Origin: Burkholderiaceae bacterium
GTDB taxonomy: Bacteria; Pseudomonadota; Gammaproteobacteria; Burkholderiales; Burkholderiaceae_C
Assembly: GCA_019695155.1 (NCBI GenBank)
Contig: JAIBAO010000035.1
Span: forward strand, 1-64,000
Direction of reading: 5' to 3'
Length of the DNA: 64,000 nucleotides
The notes beneath the pieces were generated by a model, which saw only the letters and a program-made list of their open reading frames with translations, did not search any database and had not been told where the DNA came from. Of the stretch, positions 20,239-30,516 are shown in pieces. The first letter of the stretch is position 1, and each line of letters begins with the position of its first letter. Position numbers and translations under genes: made by a program.

Positions 20239-21128
20239 ATCGTGTATTGAGTTTAATGCTCGGCCTGATCATTGCAGCCATGTTGATTTCAAGTACTCTT
20301 TATATAGTCGATCAACGCGAATACGCTGTGGTTTTTGGTTTAGGTGAAATCAAGGACATCAAATCTGAGCCTGGGCTTTACTTCAAACTACCCCCACCTT
20401 TTCAGACTGTGCGCAGATTCGACAAGCGCATCTTGACCATCGATACGCCTGAACAAGAGCGCGTCCAAACCTCTGAAAAGAAAAACCTGCAGATTGACTC
20501 TTTCATTAAATGGCGTATTAGCGATCCAAAAGCTTTTTTTCAAAGCTTTCAGGGCAACGAGCGAGCCGCTGAAGATCGTATTGTTTCCTTAGTACGCGAT
20601 GCCATGCAGCAGTCTATTAATCGCAGAACAGTCAATGATGTCAGCTCTCGGGAACGAGACAAGATTATGGAAGAAGTACGTTCTGGAGTTCAAGAAAGGG
20701 TTAAATCCTTGGGCGTGCAAATGGTTGACGTACGCTTAAAACGGGTAGATTTCGCGCCTGAAATCAGCGAATCTGTTTTTAATCGCATGACTGCAGAGCG
20801 CACCCGCGTCGCTAATGAACAGCGCTCAACAGGAGATGCAGCCAGCGAGAAGATCCGTGCCACCGCTGATAAGCAGCGCGAGGTGATCCTAGCCGAAGCC
20901 TATAACAAAGCCCAAGCTATTCAAGGGGAAGGAGACGCAAAAGCTTCTGCTATTTATGCGGCAGCTTATGGAGTAAATCCCGAATTTTATTCTTTCTATC
21001 GCAGTATGGAGGCCTATCAAAAAGCCTTCAAGAATAAAACAGACGTACTGGTCATCGATCCTTCTAGCGAATTTTTCAAATATATGAAAAATGCAGGGTC
21101 TAATGCCGGGGGAGCTAGCAAGCGCTGA
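20235..21128 (+). CDS. hflC: FtsH protease modulator HflC
   Basis: A 297-aa protein with a TM segment and a band-7 domain. It is coupled to hflK by an ATGA overlap. Confidence 0.9.
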   Translation: MNRVLSLMLGLIIAAMLISSTLYIVDQREYAVVFGLGEIKDIKSEPGLYFKLPPPFQTVRRFDKRILTIDTPEQERVQTSEKKNLQIDSFIKWRISDPKAFFQSFQGNERAAEDRIVSLVRDAMQQSINRRTVNDVSSRERDKIMEEVRSGVQERVKSLGVQMVDVRLKRVDFAPEISESVFNRMTAERTRVANEQRSTGDAASEKIRATADKQREVILAEAYNKAQAIQGEGDAKASAIYAAAYGVNPEFYSFYRSMEAYQKAFKNKTDVLVIDPSSEFFKYMKNAGSNAGGASKR

Positions 21129-21468
21129 AGAAAGCTTATCCAACAAAGAGTCAAGATATTAAAATTTTTTTAGTCCGGTAGCAGCTTTTTTACCCACAAT
21201 ACCATTAAATTTGGGGGGCTCATTAGTCAGGCGGCCTTTCAAGGCTACTGGTGTGTCAGCCCTGCTTGCAGTCATTTTTGCTCCTCTTTTCACCTGGAGC
21301 AAAGCCTACAGGCTCCGCAGCCGGGTTAGAATTGCGGAGCAACCCTCTTCTCTACCATTCCCAGTCTTAACGGGCCATCTGAGTTAAAGCTATCTTACCC
21401 AAGGTTTTATGCGTGCTTTCGCCAATATTTCTCTTGAAAAGCTTATAAAACCTCGGTGAGTATCTAAA

Positions 21469-21590
21469 GGGAACTTCTAATAACCGTAGCGAGCGGCCCG
21501 CAGCGGATTTGAGGAGCGGATGCGTACGCAGGGTACGCTGAGCACCGCAAGAGCCGATCCGGCTTGCGCAGTAGCTTATTAGAAGTTCCC
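21469..21590 (+). repeat. 122-bp MITE-like intergenic repeat, copy 2
   Basis: It has the same terminal inverted repeats (GGGAACTTCTAATAACC ... GCTTATTAGAAGTTCCC) and a near-identical interior to copy 1. Confidence 0.85.
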
Positions 21591-21637
21591 TAAACCCTTA
21601 CACTCAACAGCCAGTATCTCTCCCGGAAAATCTAGAG

Positions 21638-22663
21638 TTAAGGTAGAGCACTTACCTCACTTAAAGACCAGCGAGGACGTACATTAAAACCCAACTCTGC
21701 GTCTTGCTGTCCCTGCGCTAGTCGTAGAGCACCGGCCAATGCAATCATTGCTCCATTGTCAGTACAAAATTCCAGTTCTGGATAATGCACCTTAAAGCTG
21801 TGCTGCTCTGCCAGGGTATTAAGCTGTTCACGTAAATGGCTATTAGCTCCGACTCCACCTGCCACTACCAGAGAATCACGCTGGGTTTGTTGTAAGGCGC
21901 GGAGCGCTTTTTTAGTCAAAATATCAACCACTGCATCTTCAAATGCTCGCGCCAGATCAGCCTTCCATGCGGTATCGTTCTGCTGTGCTTGCTTGTGCAC
22001 CTGGGTAAGCACTGCCGTTTTAAGGCCCGAAAAACTAAAATTTAAATCTCCTGAATGCAATAGGGGGCGAGGTAATTTGTACACATTAGGTTTTCCCTGC
22101 GTAGCTAAAGCGGCTAGTTTGGCTCCTCCGGGATAAGGTAAACCCAAAAGTTTGGCTACCTTATCAAAAGCCTCTCCCGCAGCATCATCAATAGTTTCAC
22201 CCAGCAGATGATACTGCCCTATCTCAAGCACATCCATCAATTGAGTATGTCCACCGGAAACGAGTAACGCTATGTGCGGGAAACTGGGTGGGTTACTCGA
22301 TAAAAGAGGCGAAAGTAAATGCCCTTCCAAATGGTGAATACCCAAAGCTGGGATATTCAGGCCAAAAGCCAGAGATTTAGCTAAACCAGCCCCTACCAGC
22401 AGTGCCCCCGCCAGGCCAGGCCCCATGGTGTAAGCAATCCCCTGAATTTGTTTTAATGTCAGTCCGGCTTGTGCGCATACGCTGCGCACCAATTTTATCC
22501 CATAGCTCAGATGATCCCGGCTAGCTAGCTCGGGCACCACCCCTCCATACTGGGCGTGCAGGGCGATTTGCGAATGTAGACTATGAGCCAGCAAACCACG
22601 CTGGGTGTCATACAATGCCACTCCGGTTTCATCGCAAGAGGTCTCTATGCCTAGAACTATCAT
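21638..22663 (-). CDS. tsaD: tRNA N6-adenosine threonylcarbamoyltransferase
   Basis: A 341-aa protein of the Kae1/Gcp family ([17 protein letters not shown], HxEGH metal site). Confidence 0.9.
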   Translation of the reverse strand: MIVLGIETSCDETGVALYDTQRGLLAHSLHSQIALHAQYGGVVPELASRDHLSYGIKLVRSVCAQAGLTLKQIQGIAYTMGPGLAGALLVGAGLAKSLAFGLNIPALGIHHLEGHLLSPLLSSNPPSFPHIALLVSGGHTQLMDVLEIGQYHLLGETIDDAAGEAFDKVAKLLGLPYPGGAKLAALATQGKPNVYKLPRPLLHSGDLNFSFSGLKTAVLTQVHKQAQQNDTAWKADLARAFEDAVVDILTKKALRALQQTQRDSLVVAGGVGANSHLREQLNTLAEQHSFKVHYPELEFCTDNGAMIALAGALRLAQGQQDAELGFNVRPRWSLSEVSALP

Positions 22664-22723
22664 GCCGCGTCAATGCCCAGAGTCACTCACTCTAGAGCTG
22701 TAAGAGTAGTCAATAGTGGAGCG

Positions 22724-23146
22724 TTAACGAATCAATAATACAGGCACTGAGCAATTTGCTAATACACGTTGTGCAACCGAACCCAGCAAGACGCTTCCTA
22801 AAGCACTATGACCGTGCGATCCCATCACCACCATGTCGTAATGCCCACTTTCGGCCATAGTGGCAATCCGCTCACCTGCTATCCCTACCGTTACTTTGAC
22901 AGTAAAAGATATATCGTGGCGAGCTAAAAATTTTCGCACTGGGTCCAGAATTTTGGAGGATTCTTCCTCTCGCCATTTTTGTACTGCTTCCCGTCCTGCC
23001 ACCTGCTCAGCACGGTAAGGAAGCGGAGGCTGCACATTTAACAAGGTGTATTGTGCGTTCCCCCCCAATGTATCACTATGCGTCACCAAAAAAGCTAGCA
23101 TTTTTTTGGTGTATCGACTGCCATCAACAGCAACTAAAATTTTCAT
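22724..23146 (-). CDS. uspA: Universal stress protein
   Basis: A 140-aa protein with the Usp fold and ATP-binding motif (GSHGHSALGSVLLGSVA). Confidence 0.85.
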   Translation of the reverse strand: MKILVAVDGSRYTKKMLAFLVTHSDTLGGNAQYTLLNVQPPLPYRAEQVAGREAVQKWREEESSKILDPVRKFLARHDISFTVKVTVGIAGERIATMAESGHYDMVVMGSHGHSALGSVLLGSVAQRVLANCSVPVLLIR

Positions 23147-23218
23147 AACTGACTTTCATGAACCAGGAGGTTTCAGCATACCCTGAGGCCGAGGATAAAG
23201 GCGTTGATATATCGCAAT

Positions 23219-24487
23219 TTATACTCGCAACACGCGCCCAATAATTTGCAAAGCGCGTTCAAACTGTTCATCAGGAATAGTAAGAGGATATAAAAAGCGT
23301 ATGACGTTTGCATTAACCCCACAGGTCAGTAATATCAGATTTTCAGCCAGAGCACGACTTTGTACGGCTTTAGTAAAGTCTGGATCCGGGGTATTGGTGC
23401 CAGGCTGATTAAATTCGCAAGCGACCATAGAGCCCAGACCCCGCACATCAGCGATGTGAGGTGCCTGTGGGCGCTGCGCCTGAAGAAAATTTTTCAGTGT
23501 ACTGCCAAGTTGTTCCGCACGCTCGCAGAGCTTCTCTTCTTGAATCACTTCAATGACGGCATGGGCCGCCGCAATAGCCAGCGGATGCCCAGCATAAGTG
23601 CCTCCTAATCCTCCTGGAGCGGGAGCGTCCATAATCTGGGCTTTGCCATTTACTGCAGAAAGGGTCATACCCCCTGCTAAGGATTTTGCAATAGTTATTA
23701 AATCAGCGGACACTCCAAAATGCTCCATTGCAAACATTTTTCCAGTCCGAGCAAAACCCGTCTGTACCTCATCAGCAATCAGAACGATGCCGTGCTCATC
23801 GCACAACGCGCGCAGCCACTGTACAGCAGCGGTCTGTATGACATTAAAACCACCTTCTCCTTGCACTGGTTCAAACACGATTGCAGCGACACGGTTGGGT
23901 TCTATATCACTTTTAAAAATGTGATAAACGGCTTTTTTAACTTCGTCTAGGCTACTGCAATGGCAGGGAAACGGAGCATGATAAACCTCCGGCGCAAAAG
24001 GCCCAAACCCAACCTTATAGGGCTGAACCTTACCGGTAAGAGAAACGGCAAATAAACTGCGCCCATGAAACCCGCCGGAAAAAGCGATGACCCCGCTACG
24101 CCGAGTGTAGCTACGAGCAATTTTTATAGCGTTCTCGATAGCCTCAGCACCAGTAGAGAAAAACGCTGTCTTTTTTGGATAATCGCCCGGAGTAATTTGA
24201 TTGATTTTTTCAGCTAGCGCAATATAACTCTCATAAGGCACAACTTGATAACAGGTATGCGTAAAACGCTCCATTTGCGCAGCCACAGCAGCCATCACTT
24301 TAGGATGGCGGTGACCAGTATTAAGTACAGCAATACCGCCAGCAAAATCTATAAACTCACGCCCTTCTATATCCCATAACGTAGCGTTTTGCGCACGGTC
24401 TGCAAAAAAATTAGCCATGACCCCTACTCCACGGGGCGTGGCTGCAATCTTACGGGCTAGTAATTGCTCATTTTTTGAATGATTCAT
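23219..24487 (-). CDS. gabT: 4-aminobutyrate aminotransferase (class III PLP aminotransferase)
   Basis: The N-terminal GabT signature is present. The track ORF starts at 24520; the Met at 24487 (MNHSKNEQ) is the more likely start. Confidence 0.85.
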   Translation of the reverse strand: MNHSKNEQLLARKIAATPRGVGVMANFFADRAQNATLWDIEGREFIDFAGGIAVLNTGHRHPKVMAAVAAQMERFTHTCYQVVPYESYIALAEKINQITPGDYPKKTAFFSTGAEAIENAIKIARSYTRRSGVIAFSGGFHGRSLFAVSLTGKVQPYKVGFGPFAPEVYHAPFPCHCSSLDEVKKAVYHIFKSDIEPNRVAAIVFEPVQGEGGFNVIQTAAVQWLRALCDEHGIVLIADEVQTGFARTGKMFAMEHFGVSADLITIAKSLAGGMTLSAVNGKAQIMDAPAPGGLGGTYAGHPLAIAAAHAVIEVIQEEKLCERAEQLGSTLKNFLQAQRPQAPHIADVRGLGSMVACEFNQPGTNTPDPDFTKAVQSRALAENLILLTCGVNANVIRFLYPLTIPDEQFERALQIIGRVLRV

Positions 24488-24506
24488 GAAACACTCCATT
24501 GCAAAT

Positions 24507-26006
24507 CTACGCAGCCTCAATACGCAGCCAAGTAGTTTTCAATTCCGTATATTTTTCAAACGCATGTAGCGACTTATCCCGACCATTTCCACTTTGTTTA
24601 TAGCCACCAAACGGTACAGTAATATCGTCATCATCATATTGATTGACATGCACTGTCCCTACTTTCAATGCGCGAGCAACACGATGGGCCCTATTAATAT
24701 TACTACTCCATACGCCCGCTTGCAGCCCATAGCTGCTATCGTTAGCCATAGCAATCGCTTGCTCTTCAGTCTTAAAACGTATAACGGATAGCACAGGGCC
24801 AAAGATCTCTTCGCGTGCGATCTTCATATCGTTATTGACTCTATCAAAAATAGTGGGGTTAACGTAAAAGCCGCCGCTTTCAATGCGTGCCTGGGTTCCC
24901 CCAACAATACATTTTGCGCCTTGTGCGTTGCCTGCTTCAATATAAGACATCACTGTACGCAGCTGGCTCTCATCAACCAATGCCCCCATAATCGTATTAA
25001 CATCCAGAGGGTCCCCAGGTGCATGCTGAGGTGCCTGACTAGCTACTTTTTCGATAAATGCATCTGCGATCTCTTCTTGCACTAATAAACGACTGGGAGC
25101 ATTGCAGGATTCCCCCTGATTAAAAAACATACTGCCTGCAGCCGTTTTAGCCGCACGGTCTAAATCTTCAAAATCTGCAAAAATAATATTGGCAGACTTA
25201 CCCCCTAGTTCGTTAAAGACGCGTTTTAAATTGCTTTGGCCAGAATACTCCAGCATTTTTCGCCCCACTCGGGTGGAACCTGTAAATCCAATCGCGTCCA
25301 CATCCATATGCAAGGCAAGCGCCTCACCCGCTTCTTGACCAAAACCTGGTACAACATTCAATACACCAGAAGGTAAGCCTGCTTCTAAGCCTAATTCCGC
25401 TAGTCGCATGGCAGTCAGGGGCGATTTTTCTGAAGGTTTAAGTACTACACTATTTCCACTGGCTAGCGCTGGGCCTAGCTTCCAGGCACTCATAATCATG
25501 GGGTAGTTCCAGGGAACGATACACCCCACCACTCCCATGGCCTCTCGCTGAATAAGTGCTAGTGCATTATGTGCAGTAGGGGCAATCTCATCATAAATTT
25601 TATCAAGCGCCTCTGCATACCATTGAATACAACGTGCAGCGGCAGGCACATCAACGCTTAAACTCCATTTGATAGGTTTACCCATATCCAGCGTTTCCAG
25701 GAGCGCAAGTTCTTCCCGGGCTGCTAATATTTTTTCAGCCCATTTTTGCAAGACGCGTTTGCGCTCGGCAGGAGATTGCCGGCTCCATCGACCATCATTG
25801 AATGCTGTACGCGCTACCTTAACAGCAAGGTCCACATCCGCCGTTTGGCAGCGAGAAACCTGCGTTAATATTTTTGCGTCAATCGGCGAAACACAATCAA
25901 AAGTTTTTCCGTCAATCGCCGCTAGACGCCTGCCGTCAATAAAAGCTCGACCGTCTAGCTTGCAGGTTTTGGCCTGACTATGCCAATCCAGTATCTTTGT
26001 ATCCAT
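24507..26006 (-). CDS. puuC: NAD-dependent aldehyde dehydrogenase, probably gamma-glutamyl-gamma-aminobutyraldehyde dehydrogenase (PuuC-like)
   Basis: A 499-aa ALDH with the catalytic Cys (GESCNAPSR) and Glu (ELGGKSA) motifs. It lies within the polyamine catabolic cluster. Confidence 0.75.
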   Translation of the reverse strand: MDTKILDWHSQAKTCKLDGRAFIDGRRLAAIDGKTFDCVSPIDAKILTQVSRCQTADVDLAVKVARTAFNDGRWSRQSPAERKRVLQKWAEKILAAREELALLETLDMGKPIKWSLSVDVPAAARCIQWYAEALDKIYDEIAPTAHNALALIQREAMGVVGCIVPWNYPMIMSAWKLGPALASGNSVVLKPSEKSPLTAMRLAELGLEAGLPSGVLNVVPGFGQEAGEALALHMDVDAIGFTGSTRVGRKMLEYSGQSNLKRVFNELGGKSANIIFADFEDLDRAAKTAAGSMFFNQGESCNAPSRLLVQEEIADAFIEKVASQAPQHAPGDPLDVNTIMGALVDESQLRTVMSYIEAGNAQGAKCIVGGTQARIESGGFYVNPTIFDRVNNDMKIAREEIFGPVLSVIRFKTEEQAIAMANDSSYGLQAGVWSSNINRAHRVARALKVGTVHVNQYDDDDITVPFGGYKQSGNGRDKSLHAFEKYTELKTTWLRIEAA

Positions 26007-26076
26007 TTACGTATACCTGAAATTAAAAAGCTACTAGTCGGCTAGGCCGCGCAACTAGTAGCTTAAAAAAAAGAAC

Positions 26077-27414
26077 TTAAAAACTAACGACTGTAGAGAC
26101 ACCGAGTAAGCTGTTAGTTTTACGATAGCTACCATCACTGTTATATAAAAATACTGGCTGACTGGCGCGATCGAGGCGATACTCAGCCTTAAAGCTTACA
26201 TTTGAGTTATACAAATAACCCAAGCCTAGAGAAAGTGCATAGCGGTTAGCGCCAATTTCCGGATCTCCGGCAGGGTTGGGGCCAATTCCATTACGGCCAT
26301 CCGCCACGGTGTAACCTAAAAGTCCACCTCCATTTTTCTTGTTATTTAAATAATCGAAACGAGCAATCGCTTCTAAACGGGGATTAATCTTGTAGGCAGC
26401 CAAGGCAGAAAGCCCCCACCAGCGTGCATTGCGCAATTCAGCCGTATTGGGGTCGGGGGTAATTGCAGCACGCTTTTGCTGCCCCACACTCACTTGGCCC
26501 TGAAGAGTCCAGTCTCCGCGAATAAAATAACCATCCACTTCAAACAAATCCACTCGGGAGTCGCGATAACCAGTGCAATCTATATCTGCACAATCATTAA
26601 AATTAGTAGCTTTTCCATGTACGCCAGCAAAACCAAAACCTGAATATTCTCCTTTTGAATAATCTACCCGGTAAGCGATTACAGGTGTTTTATTGCCAGG
26701 CGATTTTTTAGCCGCATTCATATTAGCCAACACCACTTTGCTGAGCCATTTTCCTCTTGAAAGCTCTACGCCCGCACCGGTATAGGCAGTAGGTAAAGTA
26801 AAGTCAAACAACAAATTATGGGTAATTAATTTGTTTTGATTGGGAGGTAAATATTCATACCCACTCCAATCAGGAATTTGCCCAACAATTAAACGCGTAG
26901 AAAGATCACTCAAAGGAATAGAAGCTGTTGCTTCATGAATAATGGAGCCCGCATTGAAAGTTGCACCAACTCCTCTTTCGGGAGACAAGGTTAGACGGAA
27001 TTTTGTTCCCCCATCAATTTCTTTTTGGAAGTCTAAAAACGCCATACCAAAATAACCTGCATCGTAAGAATAGGGGTCTTTGTTTAGCAGCTGAAAACCA
27101 CTGGTGTTTTGTCCCCGGTTGTAAATAAAAGCAGGATCAATGGCTCCGCTAATTTTTAAACCCTTAAACCCCTGGGCTTCAAAAGTATCTTCAAGCGATT
27201 CTGTTTTTACAGTAATCCGATTAAATTCGGCCGGATCCACATTATTTTTCGGGGTCTCTTGCTGCCTTTTTACTTGTGCTTCTAGCTGTTCCACACGTGC
27301 TTTAAGGGTTTGCAACTCTTTAAGTAAATCAGCGCTAGACTGCGCTTGTGCCAGAATAGGTGCTGCCAGGCCAATGCCTGCTAAAGCGGCGGTTAGGACC
27401 TTGATTTTGAACAT
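26077..27414 (-). CDS. Putative outer-membrane porin with an N-terminal coiled coil
   Basis: A 445-aa protein with a signal peptide (AQAQS), a heptad coiled coil (LLKELQTLKARVEQLEAQVKRQQE), then alternating beta-strand character ending in a C-terminal Phe, which is an OMP signature. Confidence 0.6.
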   Translation of the reverse strand: MFKIKVLTAALAGIGLAAPILAQAQSSADLLKELQTLKARVEQLEAQVKRQQETPKNNVDPAEFNRITVKTESLEDTFEAQGFKGLKISGAIDPAFIYNRGQNTSGFQLLNKDPYSYDAGYFGMAFLDFQKEIDGGTKFRLTLSPERGVGATFNAGSIIHEATASIPLSDLSTRLIVGQIPDWSGYEYLPPNQNKLITHNLLFDFTLPTAYTGAGVELSRGKWLSKVVLANMNAAKKSPGNKTPVIAYRVDYSKGEYSGFGFAGVHGKATNFNDCADIDCTGYRDSRVDLFEVDGYFIRGDWTLQGQVSVGQQKRAAITPDPNTAELRNARWWGLSALAAYKINPRLEAIARFDYLNNKKNGGGLLGYTVADGRNGIGPNPAGDPEIGANRYALSLGLGYLYNSNVSFKAEYRLDRASQPVFLYNSDGSYRKTNSLLGVSTVVSF

Positions 27415-27465
27415 TGCGCTTCTCCTTGTTAGTTTTAGTATGCTTTAAATTTTTCAACCTTTATT

Positions 27466-28326
27466 TCAAGCCTGCAGTTCAGTACCTTGTTGGTAGGCCA
27501 AGGCCTGCTCCCTGGCGCGCTTTTTCTCGGCACGAGCGAGCCAAATGCTTCCCAGCACAACGCCTAAGGCAACTACAAAAATCATGATGGAAGCTACGGC
27601 ATTAACGGTAGGAGACAAACCAAGTTTTGCGCGTGAGAAAATCACAATCGGCAAGGTTGTGGAACCTGGACCTGATAAAAAAGCAGAAAGCACTACATCA
27701 TCTAAGGAAATAGTAAATGTCAGCAACCAGGCAGAAATTAAAGATTGGGAAATCATCGGCAAGGTAACCAAATAAAACACCTGCCAGGGTCGGCAACCTA
27801 GATCCATCGCTGCTTCTTCTAGCGACTTTGGTAGCTCTAATAAGCGGGCTTGTATAGCTACAGCGGCATAGGCCATCCCCAGTAAAGAGTGACCTAACCA
27901 GATAGTGAGCATGCCTCGGTCTGGAAACCCAAAACTCCGCTGAAAGGAAACCAGCATTAAGAGCAGAGATAAGCCGATAATAACCTCAGGCATGACTAAA
28001 GGAGCATTGATCATGCCCGAAAAAAGGGTTTTTCCTTTAAAGCGTTGATAACGCACCATCGTAAAAGCAGCCAGAGTGCCTAGTGCCACCGAAGCGCAGG
28101 CAGTAAAAAACGCCACCTTCAGAGACAATAAGAAACCTTCGATAATTTCACGATCTCGCAAAATTTCTGCATACCATTTAAAGGTAAATCCCCCCCACAA
28201 GGTCACCATCTTTGAATCATTAAAGGAGAAAACAATGAGAGTGAATATAGGGATATACAAAAACAAATAACCTGCAATCAGCCAAGAAAGACCAAATACA
28301 TTCTTGCGAGGGGTCTGCGCCATCAC
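27466..28326 (-). CDS. potI: Putrescine ABC transporter permease PotI
   Basis: A 286-aa ABC permease with six TM segments and the EAA loop. It is fourth in potFGHI order. Confidence 0.85.
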   Translation of the reverse strand: MMAQTPRKNVFGLSWLIAGYLFLYIPIFTLIVFSFNDSKMVTLWGGFTFKWYAEILRDREIIEGFLLSLKVAFFTACASVALGTLAAFTMVRYQRFKGKTLFSGMINAPLVMPEVIIGLSLLLMLVSFQRSFGFPDRGMLTIWLGHSLLGMAYAAVAIQARLLELPKSLEEAAMDLGCRPWQVFYLVTLPMISQSLISAWLLTFTISLDDVVLSAFLSGPGSTTLPIVIFSRAKLGLSPTVNAVASIMIFVVALGVVLGSIWLARAEKKRAREQALAYQQGTELQA

Positions 28327-29226
28327 TTAAGCCCTCCCCGCTTCTTTAGCGGCAGCGTGTACCTGTTGCTTATTAAAAAGAGCCAAGGGAACAATGATGA
28401 TTAATATCATCAAAGTGGCTACCGCAGAGGCCATTGCCCAATCATTATTACTGAAAAACTCATCCCACAATACACGGCCTATCATCAGGGTTTGCGGCCC
28501 TCCCAACAACTCTGGAATAACATATTCGCCCACACAGGGAATAAATACCAGCATTGAACCTGCAATAATGCCACTTTTGGATAAAGGAACGGTTACTTTC
28601 CAAAAAGCCGTAAGTGGCCTGGAACCTAAATCAGCCGCAGCCTCTAACAAACGTACATCCATTTTTACAAGATTCGAATACAGGGGCAGAATCATGAAAG
28701 GTAAATAGGCGTAAACCATGCCTATGGTGAGGGAAAAAGGGGTATGCATCATCTTGATGGGGTCACTGATCAAACCCAACCATAGCAGCACATCATTAAT
28801 TACCCCGTTGTCATCCAGTAAGCCACGCCAGGCATAAATACGCAGCAAGAAAGATGTCCAAAAAGGGAGCATAACGAGCATCATTAATGCCGGGCGCCAT
28901 TGTGCCGGGGAACGCGCCATAAAGTAGGCAAAGGGATATCCAATCACGAGACAAATCACTGTCGTGATAAAGGCATAAGTTAGCGAGGAAAGATAGGTTT
29001 TGATATATAAATCATCACCAAAAATGAAAAGGTAGTTAGATAACTTGATTTTGATCTGAACAATACCTTCGGCGTAACTAAATAAGTCTTTAAATTGAAT
29101 GCCATCCGATTCTGAAATACTGATTTTGAACACTATCAGAAATGGCACCAAAAACAGTGCAATGAGCCAAATAAAAGGAACGCCGATAACGAGCTTGCGG
29201 CCCCAGTTGATGCTGCTTGTATTCAT
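28327..29226 (-). CDS. potH: Putrescine ABC transporter permease PotH
   Basis: A 299-aa ABC permease (EAAADLGSRP EAA motif). Confidence 0.85.
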   Translation of the reverse strand: MNTSSINWGRKLVIGVPFIWLIALFLVPFLIVFKISISESDGIQFKDLFSYAEGIVQIKIKLSNYLFIFGDDLYIKTYLSSLTYAFITTVICLVIGYPFAYFMARSPAQWRPALMMLVMLPFWTSFLLRIYAWRGLLDDNGVINDVLLWLGLISDPIKMMHTPFSLTIGMVYAYLPFMILPLYSNLVKMDVRLLEAAADLGSRPLTAFWKVTVPLSKSGIIAGSMLVFIPCVGEYVIPELLGGPQTLMIGRVLWDEFFSNNDWAMASAVATLMILIIIVPLALFNKQQVHAAAKEAGRA

Positions 29227-30425
29227 TGGGTTAACACCACAACATCACTGCCATCCCACCAGGCGTAGGCCTCATCCCCTAGTTCCAAGCGCGTTTCTTC
29301 ATGGCGCGCCGCATTGGTTTGCATGATTTTGATCGTCATGCCGGTTTCTAACTTAACGTGGTAGGTGGTATAGCTACCCAGATAGGCCATGTTCTTAATC
29401 ACCCCTCGAGCAAAGTTATAACCATCTTCTGCTACCGATTCTCGCTGCTCTGGTGTAGGAGGAGTACGTTGTAAACCAATTTTTTCAGGCCTCAGCGCAA
29501 CGTGTACCTGCATACCTTGAGTACCCGTAATGCCATGGCTCACATAATGTTTACATTCAGGGCCTTCGATAATCACATGGTCAGCCTCATCGACGATCAC
29601 ATTGCCTTTGAATAAATTAACATTCCCGATGAAATCAGCAACGTAACGGCTAGCAGGCGTTTCATAAACGGCATGAGGCTCCCCTACTTGCAAAAAGCGC
29701 CCTTTTTGCATGACGGTGATGCGATCAGCCATTGTCATGGCCTCTTCTTGATCATGGGTCACCATTACACAGGTCACACCCACCTGCTTGATAATGTTCA
29801 CAAGCTCTATCTGGGTTTCTTCACGTAGCTTCTTATCTAATGCACCCAGCGGTTCATCCAGTAGCAGCAATTTTGGCCGCTTGGCCAAACTGCGCGCCAA
29901 TGCCACTCGTTGCTGTTGGCCTCCGGAAAGCTGGTGAGGTTTGCGCTTTACGAAAGGTTTTAACTGGGTTAATACCAGCATAGCTTCTACACGTTGATCA
30001 ATTTCAGAGGCTGACATCCCGTCGCGCTTCAGACCAAAAGCTACGTTTTCCCAAACGGTAAGATGAGGAAATAAGGCATAGCTCTGAAACATCATGTTAA
30101 TAGGCCGCAGATAAGGCGGCATATAAGTAATTTCTTGGCCCTCCAGCACAATAGTGCCGGAACTGGGAGTTTCAAAACCGGCGAGCATTCGCAACAAAGT
30201 GCTTTTGCCACAGCCGGAGGCTCCCAATAAAGCAAAGATTTCCCCTTTTTTAATGGACAGTGATACCGCATCAACGGCCACCATATCATCAAAATTTTTG
30301 CTTAACCTGTCAATCTGTAAGAATTGATCAGGCTTAGCTATATTTAAATCACTGACTCCCTTATGGAGGAGTTGCTCCTCTTGCTGCATAGGCCTGCCCC
30401 TTTTACCCATAGCCGCTTGCACCAA
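29223..30425 (-). CDS. potG: Putrescine ABC transporter ATP-binding protein PotG
   Basis: It has Walker A (GASGCGKST), LSGGQQQR and Walker B motifs, and aligns closely to E. coli PotG. The start may be the internal Met at 30386. Confidence 0.9.
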   Translation of the reverse strand: MVQAAMGKRGRPMQQEEQLLHKGVSDLNIAKPDQFLQIDRLSKNFDDMVAVDAVSLSIKKGEIFALLGASGCGKSTLLRMLAGFETPSSGTIVLEGQEITYMPPYLRPINMMFQSYALFPHLTVWENVAFGLKRDGMSASEIDQRVEAMLVLTQLKPFVKRKPHQLSGGQQQRVALARSLAKRPKLLLLDEPLGALDKKLREETQIELVNIIKQVGVTCVMVTHDQEEAMTMADRITVMQKGRFLQVGEPHAVYETPASRYVADFIGNVNLFKGNVIVDEADHVIIEGPECKHYVSHGITGTQGMQVHVALRPEKIGLQRTPPTPEQRESVAEDGYNFARGVIKNMAYLGSYTTYHVKLETGMTIKIMQTNAARHEETRLELGDEAYAWWDGSDVVVLTQ

Positions 30426-30516
30426 TACGATGTTGGTTTCAACAGGCTTTTAAGCTCACGCCTGGACCGGAAGCTTTAGCACACAATCTCGCTCCCAGCC
30501 CAGATTTTTTTAAAGA

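Noticed and set aside
29223-30425. A longer PotG N-terminus (MVQAAMGKRGRPM...).
   Set aside because: It is retained as the ORF boundary, but the Met at 30386 may be the true start. Alignment to E. coli PotG does not discriminate between them.
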